Part shown: in pieces, positions 1-11,863 of the stretch | Numbering within the stretch: the first letter of the stretch is position 1 | How the letters are laid out: each line of letters starts with the position of its first letter | NCBI GenBank assembly: GCA_051294375.1 | Contig: CM119265.1 | Coordinates: forward strand, 19,147,642-19,211,641 | Source: Paraspadella gotoi | Lineage: Eukaryota; Animalia; Chaetognatha | DNA length: 64,000 nt | Direction: 5' to 3' | Made by a program: the position numbers and the translations under genes | Notes under the pieces: generated by a model | The model's database searches: none | Told to the model about the DNA's origin: nothing | What the model saw: only the letters and a program-made list of their open reading frames with translations

Positions 1-141
1 AAAAAAAACAGAAGAAGATATTAAGCAATGAACGTCAAGGCAGTATTAGATTCTTACTGTCCAGTGACCACTCTCCATTGAACATCCGTGAAAGCTAAAC
101 TGTGAAATGCAATTACCTCCTCTCGGCAATACAAAACGAAT

Positions 142-497
142 TACATCCGGGCGCACGAATCTAAACTACATCCGGGCTTCATTCAAAGCTCAAAGTCCTC
201 GACGGACGATTTTCTTCTCCGGATTCTATTCTCGGCTTCGAAATCGCGACTTTTCCCGCCGAATGGAGGCATCATCATTATTCCTAATTACATCCGGACC
301 GGGAACGCAGATGTTCTTTTTTTNNNNNNNNNNNNNNNNNNNNNNNNNNNNNNNNNNNNNNNNNNNNNNNNNNNNNNNNNNNNNNNNNNNNNNNNNNNNN
401 NNNNNNNNNNNNNNNNNNNNNNNNNNNNNNNNNNNNNNNNNNNNNNNNNNNNNNNNNNNNNNCGCCTCCAATGTCAAGCTCCTTCTTTTACATCCGG
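142..497 (-). promoter_or_regulatory. Cluster of four CCGGATGTA ETS-type sites
   Basis: TACATCCGG at 142-150, 167-175, 289-297 and 489-497, all in one orientation with unrelated flanks. Confidence 0.35.
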
Positions 498-2846
498 TCG
501 CCGGCGACCGAAGGCGGACATTTCCCACCCAGCGCCCGTATGTAATCCGATTTAGTGGGCCGACGGTTCGGAAGGCAGAGAGGGAGAGAGGGAGAGAGAA
601 AAGAAAAAGAAAATAAAAGAAAAAGAAAAAGAAAGAATCCGTTTCTCTTTTTTATTTCTTTCCTCAACTTTTTTTCTTCCTTCTCTTTCTCCCNNNNNNN
701 NNNNNNNNNNNNNNNNNNNNNNNNNNNNNNNNNNNNNNNNNNNNNNNNNNNNNNNNNNNNNNNNNNNNNNNNNNNNNNNNNNNNNNNNNNNNNNNNNNNN
801 NNNNNNNNNNNNNNNNNNNNNNNNNNNNNNNNNNNNNNNNNNNNNNNNNNNNNNNNNNNNNNNNNNNNNNNNNNNNNNNNNNNNNNNNNNNNNNNNNNNN
901 NNNNNNNNNNNNNNNNNNNNNNNNNNNNNNNNNNNNNNNNNNNNNNNNNNNNNNNNNNNNNNNNNNNNNNNNNNNNNNNNNNNNNNNNNNNNNNNNNNNN
1001 NNNNNNNNNNNNNNNNNNNNAAAAACCCCGTCTCGCCTACTTGAAAGGCGAGGAGTATCTGGGTGGCGCTAAACGATGCTAATGAAAAAAAAAAGTTTTC
1101 AAAGCAGCGAAAAGGATCGCCTTCCGGTCAAGCGGGGAATAAGAGGCGAGGAAAGAGGAAAGAAAAGAAAAGAAAAGAAAAGGGAGGAAGGAACTGAAAA
1201 GAAGAAAGAAGGAGGAGAACGACGCTGGCCATTGGAAAATTTGGGGCGGCTGTGAGCTGACCCGGACTGAGCCGAGTGACCCGGACTGAAAAGAAGCTTC
1301 AGTGACCGAAGGGTGATGTGATTGTGAGGAAAATTGATAGAATAAGTCGGACGACTTGGAAACTGACAGGAACGAGAAAAAAGGCAAGAACGATTTTAAG
1401 TCATAAAAAAAAATCACGGATACAAAATTGACCCTACAGTTTGACAATTTTTAAACAAAACCCTGAAAAAAACTTTTCCTTTCATCCGACTATTGAAAGG
1501 ATAGACGGTCAGACGGGACTCGAAGGCACCCCGACGTCCCGAGAGCGCGTTCGGGACGGCCGAGTCAAAACCCCGAGGTCTTTTGACCGTGACCTCGTGA
1601 CCCGACAAGCTTTCCCCTCACTCACTCTACTCTCACTGCTCCCCCTAACCTCCCACTCACGAGCTGCTGCAACGATCGCTTTCGTCCTATCCACCGGGTC
1701 CACTTGACCCTTTTTTTGGCTCTACCATCGTGTCCCTGCTGACCCCTTGACTCACTCTTGCTCCTTCAACCATTGACCCTTCGCTAAATGAAAAAAATAT
1801 GGCGCTTGTCCTTCTCTCCCACATCCGCCGCCAGAAAAAGTAAAATGGGTGATATCAGCAACGCTTTTCCCTTCAATGCTCGGTGTCCAGTTTTTTGGTT
1901 TTGTTGTATTTTAAAATTGTTATTGTTTATTGGTTGTTGTTGTTGTCGCTGTGGTTGTCGTTGTTGTTCTTTATTCTTTATTCCATTGATTAATGACATA
2001 ATAAAAAAGACAAACAAGCAAACAAAATCATGTTTCGTAGTAGTTGCACATTGGGTTACTATGCCCACACACTTTCCTTCGTGTATGGAGTTGGTTGGTA
2101 TCGATCCCAGATTTACTTAATGACCCATCGAGTCAATACTAAAAGTATTCCTACTTTTGCTTGACCTGTGAAGCTTTTCTCCTTATTCCCCCCCTTCTTT
2201 TTTTTTCTTTTCAATTTTCCGTTTAAATCCTCTCTCCCCATTTCCAACATAAACCGACGAATTTCGAATATCCCCTTGTCAGATCAGAGAGTCCCCCTCA
2301 ACTCCTTCAACTGTTACCATCGCCCTCTTCCCCAGAAATCTCTTGGGTTTAAGAAAATGGGTTCGTTTTCGAAGGAGGCGCTGAGGAAGAGGAGGAGGGG
2401 GAGGAGGAAGAGGAGGAAGAAGAAGGTGAAGAATAAGAAGGCGAGGACGAACCCCGCGAAAAATAATTGTTGTCTTTCGAAGCGAAAATAAATTTATTCT
2501 TTCGCCGAATTTTTTCGACCTTTTGACTTCGAAGTCTGAATTCGGCCCTGAATTATTTTTTTCTTCTTCTTTCTCTATCTCTTTTTTTTTTCCAGGTCGC
2601 GAGAAGATGTGAAAGAAAAAGTTGGCTTTTTGTTCGAAACTCTTTTTTTTTTTACATTAAATTCGCCCACGGTTTTTTGAATAGATAAATGAGATTTTAA
2701 TTATGTTTGTTTGTTTGTGAATTTTGTGAATGAATTGGAAAAAGGAATCGGTGAGAAATTGAAAATACGATTCTCAATATTCAAGGCTGACGCATCTTAC
2801 GTAGACGAGCACACTCGAGAGTCAAATAAGAACGTCCCTCTCCCAG

Positions 2847-2883
2847 AGTGGTGAAGTGTGGTGAAGTGTGGTAAAGTGTGGTG
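2847..2883. repeat. 10-bp tandem repeat (GTGGTGAAGT) x about 3.5
   Basis: gtggtgaagtgtggtgaagtgtggtaaagtgtggtg. Confidence 0.85.
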
Positions 2884-3662
2884 GGCTGATGTGGGAAGAT
2901 GGGCGGGCGAGGAAGGTCGGGGAAAAACGGGTCCATAATTCACCGCAATTCGCGTTTCTTCCTGAGATTTCGATCCTTTGGTCGTTTAGATCTTTTGTTT
3001 TGATTCAAAGACAAAACAATTTCGGGTCGATTCATCTTTCTCTGTTTTTTTTGACCAGAAATTCTCAAGGGGGCGAAATCACCATTGGAGAATCCTTCGT
3101 CCTTGCTGCTTCTTAAAATTACCTCTAAAAAAATCATATCTGATATCTTTCAAAATGCTTTATTTTAGTATTATTAAAAATGACCGTTTCGCGACCATAA
3201 ACGAGGATATTCGATTGAAACGGCGTCGTATGTTCCGTTCCTTCAATATGTTTAATTTCATGTTCAACTGCTTCAAACTGTAAATTCACTCAATCCTATT
3301 AAACTTTCTCAAGACAAGAGGCATACTTCCTCTTTATTTACCCACTCCCTCCCCTTCTCTACAGCCTACCCCANNNNNNNNNNNNNNNNNNNNNNNNNNN
3401 NNNNNNNNNNNNNNNNNNNNNNNNNNNNNNNNNNNNNNNNNNNNNNNNNNNNNNNNNNNNNNNNNNNNNNNNNNNNNNNNNNNNNNNNNNNNNNNNNNNN
3501 NNNNNNNNNNNNNNNNNNNNNNNNNNNNNNNNNNNNNNNNNNNNNNNNNNNNNNNNNNNNNNNNNNNNNNNNNNNNNNNNNNNNNNNNNNNNNNNNNNNN
3601 NNNNNNNNNNNNNNNNNNNNNNNNNNNNNNNNNNNNNNNNNNNNNNNNNNNNNNNNNNNNNN

Positions 3663-3700
3663 TTAATCTTAATCTTAATCTTAATCTTAATCTTAATCTT
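3663..3700. repeat. (TTAATC)n hexamer microsatellite at a gap edge
   Basis: About 6 visible copies. Confidence 0.95.
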
Positions 3701-4308
3701 ATCTCGTTCTCTCAACCCCTTTTCTTCGCATCCTTCCCTTTTTTCATTTTCCGTCATCGACGGACATAAACTTTTTTTTTTTCCTCGAAAAACCAGAAAA
3801 AACCACGGATAAAGAAAACTATTTTTAAAAATAAAAAAAACTTATGCCTGTTCAAGACGTTTGAGTGACTCGGGGTTTTTAAGAATAAAATAAACTATTC
3901 CGATAAAGGAAAAATTTCATTCGTGATTCACTTTGTAAAAAGGGGACCTAATTATTGAAGGGTTAGATACAGTTGTTAATAATCAATTGTATTGACGATT
4001 TATTTTGTATTTTTAAAATTTTTATATGTAGTATTCATTTAACAAAGGATTTTCTCGACATCCAGCCCTGTCATTGTCGCCCTCAAAGAGTCAAAGCCCC
4101 AACCCTGACTCTTTTTCCTCTTTTTCTCCTTCATTGCTCTCATGATTCCATGCCCCCTCCCTCTCTTCTTCTCCTCCTCCTCTTCCACCTTCTCTGCTCT
4201 CTCTCCTTTTTTTTTCCTGTGCCTCTTTTTTTTTTCCTTTTCTTGCCTTTTTGCAATTCGGTGCCTCATGAATTGCGTCCAGAAATAACCCGAAATAACT
4301 GAGCGCCA

Positions 4309-4310
<2 letters not shown>

Positions 4311-4350
<40 letters not shown>
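4311..4350. repeat. (CT)n microsatellite
   Basis: Direct reading. Confidence 0.97.
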
Positions 4351-4355
<5 letters not shown>

Positions 4356-4879
4356 CGTTCTTTTCAAACTGTTGTTACCGAAATTATGTGGAGCGTGAAT
4401 AAGAAAGATTTCCCGTCGTCGAGCAAGAATTCGCTTGTGGGAGGGCGTCTCTTTAACCAAGCACCAAGGAGCAAGTTTGCCACAAAAATATTATGAAAAT
4501 GAATCGTTGAAGGGAGCAGATAATTAAACAGATTAACGTATAAACGTATAAACAACCGCAGGTCCGAGGTCTCGAAATTTAAACGCAATTTAAACAGAAA
4601 TCCTTAAATTTAGAGATTCACTCTTGAGGGAAAAGTAAAAAAAACAAAAGATTCTCTCCCCGCGTCTCCTGAATCTGACCCAGGATTCTTGAACCCCATA
4701 CGTCTCGTCTCCCGTGCATCCTCGCCCATGAATCTTCACCGCGAGATGGAGTTTTACTTTCAGAAAAGTCATCTTCGATCGATATTTATTATTTAGTCCA
4801 GAAGACCTTTTTTTTAAATCAAATCCTCTGGGAAGAAAGATTTTTTGTTGTGATGGGGTTTTTTCTTGCGCGGGATATT

Positions 4880-5003
<124 letters not shown>

Positions 5004-6176
5004 CTGTTTTTCATCAACTGCAGAAGGAGAAGATTGGACGTGGGAGGCAAAGGCGAAAACAGACGCGAGATTTCTCCTTCGATTTTCGTCATTCGAAGAA
5101 AATGTTTTGACGAGATCATAAATTTTCTTCTTGGCGGCAACGAGGGTTGGAAATTTGGGGAAAGAAAGAGATGGGGATGATGATGTTGAAGATATAAGTC
5201 TTGCGATGAGATGCTGAAGGTAATTTCAAAATAACACGGGTAAATTTCGAGAGAAAAACGTCAAGATAGATATCGTCTGAATAAATATATGTAATCAAAA
5301 TTTTGTTACGTAAAGACTGAACATCTTTTTTTTTTAAATTTCTGCTTCGCTCCATAAAGAGAAACAAAAACTAAGAGTTCGAATATGGAGCAGTGTGCGC
5401 AGTGTGCGTTATCACTGTCGTTCCAAAGACAAACTTCCTAACTCATTACNNNNNNNNNNNNNNNNNNNNNNNNNNNNNNNNNNNNNNNNNNNNNNNNNNN
5501 NNNNNNNNNNNNNNNNNNNNNNNNNNNNNNNNNNNNNNNNNNNNNNNNNNNNNNNNNNNNNNNNNNNNNNNNNNNNNNNNNNNNNNNNNNNNNNNNNNNN
5601 NNNNNNNNNNNNNNNNNNNNNNNNNNNNNNNNNNNNNNNNNNNNNNNNNNNNNNNNNNNNNNNNNNNNNNNNNNNNNNNNNNNNNNNNNNNNNNNNNNNN
5701 NNNNNNNNNNNNNNNNNNNNNNNNNNNNNNNNNNNNNNNNNNNNNNNNNNNNNNNNNNNNNNNNNNNNNNNNNNNNNNNNNNNNNNNNNNNNNNNNNNNN
5801 NNNNNNNNNNNNNNNNNNNNNNNNNNNNNNNNNNNNNNNTTCCTCTTCGTTTCGGAAAGTTTATTTTATGTAATAACGAACCAAAAATAAAATATTAAAT
5901 GTAAAGAATAATCTAAAAAATGCAAAAGAACAAAAGCCAAAGAGAGATCGAAAAAAAATTTCGGAAATTAAAACCAAAATAGCAAAGAGGTTTGGGAATC
6001 ACTGACGAGTTCTATTAATAGAACTGAAACCATAAAAACTTGGAAACTCTCGCTGAAACATTTCCCAACCGACACTCGGTGCCCATTGAAATTCCTAACC
6101 CATGAGAAAATGCGAGGCGGCCCATAAAAACTCCATATTTAGTCCTGATGGAAAATTCGCTGGAGAAAGAGAAAGT

Positions 6177-6180
<4 letters not shown>

Positions 6181-6217
<37 letters not shown>
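6181..6217. repeat. (GA)n microsatellite
   Basis: Direct reading. Confidence 0.97.
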
Positions 6218-6220
<3 letters not shown>

Positions 6221-7083
6221 CATTGGTCACGGAGAGACAAGAATCAGAGTCAGCAATATCATCTCCACGCCCTTTGACCCCTCAGGCCTTGGCGGATCTG
6301 GCGGCAGCAGCGGCGACNNNNNNNNNNNNNNNNNNNNNNNNNNNNNNNNNNNNNNNNNNNNNNNNNNNNNNNNNNNNNNNNNNNNNNNNNNNNNNNNNNN
6401 NNNNNNNNNNNNNNNNNNNNNNNNNNNNNNNNNNNNNNNNNNNNNNNNNNNNNNNNNNNNNNNNNNNNNNNNNNNNNNNNNNNNNNNNNNNNNNNNNNNN
6501 NNNNNNNNNNNNNNNNNNNNNNNNNNNNNNNNNNNNNNNNNNNNNNNNNNNNNNNNNNNNNNNNNNNNNNNNNNAAAACGCAAAAACAGGCCTGTGCAGG
6601 TTCTGAATATATTTTTATGAAATAACACGTTCCAAATAAAAAAGACGGCAACGTTGATATTACCACCCGACAAAGTTAAGAGAGATTGTTACGAAGTGAT
6701 ATTCAGAAGCCGAGAACTACAAAAAAATTAACGATAAACACACTCAACAGCGAATCTATTCTTAGCCAAGAGTCGAGACGTCGAGACGACGACGACGACG
6801 ACGACGACGACGCCGGCCTTTATTACATCCCCGTCTCTTGTTTGTATCGCGATTTCGCCTGCGCAGATTTTTCCCGCGTTTTGCCGCTTGTTGATCGAGT
6901 AGCGCTTAATCCCATATGCGCTTATTTCTTGCTTGCTTCGTTGCTAGGTGATTGCTTGCTCCCGCAATTCGTTTTTTTTTACTTGGTTTAAACTTTCATT
7001 TTTAACTAATATATGATTGCGCTTGTGATTAAGGACTATGTTGGTCAATTAAGACTAATGTTTTCGATACTTAAAGTACATTT

Positions 7084-7328
7084 AAGGACAACAATGAGAA
7101 GGCAAAGACCAAATTCACTCGAGGACAAGGACAAAGTATAAGGGCGATGACAAAGAACGAGTTTTATTTTACCCTGATGATAAAGGACAAATACTTAGAG
7201 CGAGGACAAAGACTAAGGGCGAAGATAAAAGGCGAGATTTTTTGGGATTTTGATTATAAGGAGATTGAGAGGGCAAGGACAAAGGCTGAGGGCAAAGACG
7301 AAGACTAAGGGCAAGGACAAAGAGCGAG
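7084..7328. repeat. Degenerate purine-rich tandem repeat, about 18-bp unit AGGACAAAGACTAAGGGC
   Basis: Recurrent aggacaaa / gactaagggc strings running into the gap at 7329. Confidence 0.65.
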
Positions 7329-9361
7329 NNNNNNNNNNNNNNNNNNNNNNNNNNNNNNNNNNNNNNNNNNNNNNNNNNNNNNNNNNNNNNNNNNNNNNNN
7401 NNNNNNNNNNNNNNNNNNNNNNNNNNNNNNNNNNNNNNNNNNNNNNNNNNNNNNNNNNNNNNNNNNNNNNNNNNNNNNNNNNNNNNNNGTTTATGTCGAA
7501 GGGAGGGTGGATGTGTTAGAAGTAAAGAGGACAGTAAAAGAATCTGGTTCTTGTGTAAAGAAATAAAGAGAATATCGCAGAAAAATATTAAGATAAAAAA
7601 ACTATTTTACAGTGATGTAAAACTAAATAAAATGTTAGTTATTTCGTTTCCTAACCCCGTGTAACTTTTTTTATCAAACTCAGAATTCTTCAGGGAAATA
7701 GCTGGCCCATCAGTGAAGATCCCCATTACNNNNNNNNNNNNNNNNNNNNNNNNNNNNNNNNNNNNNNNNNNNNNNNNNNNNNNNNNNNNNNNNNNNNNNN
7801 NNNNNNNNNNNNNNNNNNNNNNNNNNNNNNNNNNNNNNNNNNNNNNNNNNNNNNNNNNNNNNNNNNNNNNNNNNNNNNNNNNNNNNNNNNNNNNNNNNNN
7901 NNNNNNNNNNNNNNNNNNNNNNNNNNNNNNNNNNNNNNNNNNNNNNNNNNNNNNNNNNNNNNNNNNNNNNNNNNNNNNNNNNNNNNNNNNNNNNNNNNNN
8001 NNNNNNNNNNNNNNNNNNNNNNNNNNNNNNNNNNNNNNNNNNNNNNNNNNNNNNNNNNNNNNNNNNNNNNNNNNNNNNNNNNNNNNNNNNNNNNNNNNNN
8101 NNNNNNNNNNNNNNNNNNNNNNNNNNNNNNNNNNNNNNNNNNNNNNNNNNNNNNNNNNNNNNNNNNNNNNNNNNNNNNNNNNNNNNNNNNNNNNNNNNNN
8201 NNNNNNNNNNNNNNNNNNNNNNNNNNNNNNNNNNNNNNNNNNNNNNNNNNNNNNNNNNNNNNNNNNNNNNNNNNNNNNNNNNNNNNNNNNNNNNNNNNNN
8301 NNNNNNNNNNNNNNNNNNNNNNNNNNNNNNNNNNNNNNNNNNNNNNNNNNNNNNNNNNNNNNNNNNNNNNNNNNNNNNNNNNNNNNNNNNNNNNNNNNNN
8401 NNNNNNNNNNNNNNNNNNNNNNNNNNNNNNNNNNNNNNNNNNNNNNNNNNNNNNNNNNNNNNNNNNNNNNNNNNNNNNNNNNNNNNNNNNNNNNNNNNNN
8501 NNNNNNNNNNNNNNNNNNNNNNNNNNNNNNNNNNNNNNNNNNNNNNNNNNNNNNNNNNNNNNNNNNNNNNNNNNNNNNNNNNNNNNNNNNNNNNNNNNNN
8601 NNNNNNNNAAAAAAAAGAAAAAACCTAGCGGACATCAAAAAGGAAAAAAAAATTCCGAGTTCCAAAGTCCCGGGTCGATGGTCATTCGGAGTCCGAATTA
8701 CAATTTCTCTTTTGACCCATCTAAGGGAAAATATATAAAAGGGGAAAGGGGATATGAGATAGGGACGGATTATTGGGTCGTCGGCCTGGAAAGGAAAGGC
8801 CAACTTGGAAATTGTTGAGCCTTGATCGAAATTTCTTTTCCCTTCCACGCCCAAAACCAAATGACGCGCGGGCTAAAGTGGGTGGGAAATCGCGGGTCAG
8901 GGAGATGTGGGTAAAGTTATTTAGTGGCAGCGTTGGGGGNNNNNNNNNNNNNNNNNNNNNNNNNNNNNNNNNNNNNNNNNNNNNNNNNNNNNNNNNNNNN
9001 NNNNNNNNNNNNNNNNNNNNNNNNNNNNNNNNNNNNNNNNNNNNNNNNNNNNNNNNNNNNNNNNNNNNNNNNNNNNNNNNNNNNNNNNNNNNNNNNNNNN
9101 NNNNNNNNNNNNNNNNNNNNNNNNNNNNNNNNNNNNNNNNNNNNNNNNNNNNNNNNNNNNNNNNNNNNNNNNNNNNNNNNNNNNNNNNNAGCCGCGAGGG
9201 AGGAGTCCGAGAGTCATAATCAACGAAGATGGGAAAAAATCCGAAATGGGCAGAAATGATGGACCGAAAGACGAAATGGAAAAAATCGCCCCAAAAACTA
9301 AATAAGGGTCAGCCGGACCGGACGGGGGAGGGGAAAATGCCCTGGCCAGTTTGGGGGAAAA

Positions 9362-9363
9362 AA

Positions 9364-9403
<40 letters not shown>

Positions 9404-9407
9404 AAAA

Positions 9408-9499
<92 letters not shown>

Positions 9500-9500
9500 A
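9362..9500. repeat. (AAAG)n microsatellite
   Basis: Direct reading, one variant unit. Confidence 0.97.
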
Positions 9501-9751
9501 TAAAAAAGATAGAAAGTGGTAAACAGACGCGAGGCCGGGTCACTCATGAGCATAAAGCACCGCCGGAATCGGAATAACTTTTCTGTACTGTACCAGCCTT
9601 TGATACGAAAAACCCAAATACGGATCGATAATTCCTTAGAAAACATAAGAGCATCGAAAAAAACGGAGGAAGAGAAAAGAGGGAGAGAGTGGATGGGAGA
9701 GAAACAAATTTATGCGGACCATTAAAAGAATGGCACACAAAAAGGGATACA

Positions 9752-9757
<6 letters not shown>

Positions 9758-9823
<66 letters not shown>
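9758..9823. repeat. (CT)n microsatellite
   Basis: Direct reading. Confidence 0.97.
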
Positions 9824-9825
<2 letters not shown>

Positions 9826-10005
9826 TCTTTATTCGCCTGACTTCCCTTCTTTTAAACTTCCCTCCCATATCCGGCCTCTGACCTTTCCCCACTCTAGCCT
9901 TCTCCACCACCCTCCCCTACCATTTCCCCGACCGAGAACAGTACAGCAGGAATTCTGGCGACTTTACTGCATCAATTAAACTACTATTGAAAAAAGGGGC
10001 GAAAA

Positions 10006-10025
10006 GACGACGACGACGACGCCGA

Positions 10026-10060
<35 letters not shown>

Positions 10061-10067
10061 ACGACGA
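10006..10067. repeat. (GAC/GCC)n compound microsatellite
   Basis: Direct reading. Confidence 0.95.
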
Positions 10068-11543
10068 TGAAGACCTCACTGCAAACTGAACTCCTTAATA
10101 AAGAAACCGAATTCATTCTTGAGGCTTCAGAAAGAAGTGGATCTCACTTGATGGAAAGGATGATATCGATAAAAACCTGTGAGAGTAAAAGATTTCTATT
10201 AAAAAGCCGAATTAAGTATAAGTACTTACATTAAATAGGCATTTATAGATATAGATGTGTATTATATGGTTTTCGGTGTTTATGTCTTTCCTTTTCGAAG
10301 ATTTTCTTAATCAGCTCCATCATATTCTGACATTTTGTCATTCTTATCAATTCCTCTCTCCCTCTTTGCTTTTTCCTCATCCCCCACCCTTTAAATTTCC
10401 CTTCTTCTCTTTTCCTACCTCCCCCTCTTTCTCCCTCCCTTTTTCCCTTCTCCTTTGTCTCCCATTTCTCCATCTCCCCATTCGCCGACTCGCGAGGAAA
10501 AAAAGAGAGAAAACCAAAGTCGTTTCGTTCGGTTGGCATCGAAACCTCATCCGGGTTTTTTGGGATTTCGATTTTGATTTTTTGCCAACAAAAAAACGAA
10601 GCAAAAAAAAAAAAAGAAAATGGCGGCGAAAAAAAGAAAATGGCGTCTTAGACTCTAAGTTAGAGAAACCGGAGACGCGAATCGTCGAAACCTGCGACGA
10701 CGACAGCGCCTCCCGCGGGACGCGCCCTGACGGAGAGATTGTTAAAAACCTGGTCAAAAAGTTGACAATGGTTGGAATAAATGCATTGTTTTTTTTTCCA
10801 AAGATTTCTGAATGTTAAATTTTGCTAATGTTACTTTGACTTCACTATTACTCGCTTAGTTGCGTTCATATTGTTCAACTACTCGTATCGACTTCTACAT
10901 AATCTGCATTACCCTCATTATTCAGTATCTGCATTACGTCGACATTACTCAATCCATGCTGCTTACTCCCCCACTTCCCCACTCCCTTTCAAATCACTTC
11001 ATGCCATCTCCTTTCTCCGTCTCCCTTTACCACCTCCCTGCCTCTCTCGCGCCATCTCATGGTCATCACCATTATTAGCCTTCCTTTCACTCGCTCCTCT
11101 TTTCTTCTGCCTTTTCAGGGTCTTCGCTTTNNNNNNNNNNNNNNNNNNNNNNNNNNNNNNNNNNNNNNNNNNNNNNNNNNNNNNNNNNNNNNNNNNNNNN
11201 NNNNNNNNNNNNNNNNNNNNNNNNNNNNNNNNNNNNNNNNNNNNNNNNNNNNNNNNNNNNNNNNNNNNNNNNNNNNNNNNNNNNNNNNNNNNNNNNNNNN
11301 NNNNNNNNNNNNNNNNNNNNNNNNNNGCAACGCAATTCCCCAAAGTCCGCGAAACAGAGAAAAGAAAATCAGACGTCTTTTCAACGAAATGATGATTTTT
11401 TAGCTAAATTTTCGAAGTAGTAATATTAGCGAAAGAGAAGATTGTAAATCAAAATCGTCTTCTTTTTTCGCTGAAAAAAACTCTGTTGCTCAGAGATATT
11501 TCAATACTTGACAAGGTCTCTCACGCTCCTCACCCATTGGCGC

Positions 11544-11584
<41 letters not shown>

Positions 11585-11828
11585 CATCAACCTTACCACT
11601 TTATTTATCCCACCCCCACCATCACTTGAGCTTCATTACCAACGACATCACCCACCATACGAGCGTCGGCCACTTCACACTCATCTTCACCACCTCTGTG
11701 CCACACGGCCCGCGCCGCCGCCGCCCCGTGACTGACGTTGATAGGCCACCATATATTCCAGAGAGTCCTTCTGAATAGACAGATTGGGTGTGCCTTTGTT
11801 ACGTCGGAGAGACTCCATGCGGAGAGAG

Positions 11829-11863
<35 letters not shown>

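Noticed and set aside
7607-8860. Long ORFs spanning N-runs (also about 5.4, 54.0, 55.3 and 58.3 kb)
   Set aside because: Open only because Ns contain no stops. The sole exception is the real-looking segment 54960-55191 inside ORF 54793-56172.
10177-10229. 53-nt GTAAGT...CACAG intron-like segment on the minus strand
   Set aside because: The downstream side closes quickly in all three frames and no coherent protein results. A UTR or lncRNA intron cannot be excluded.
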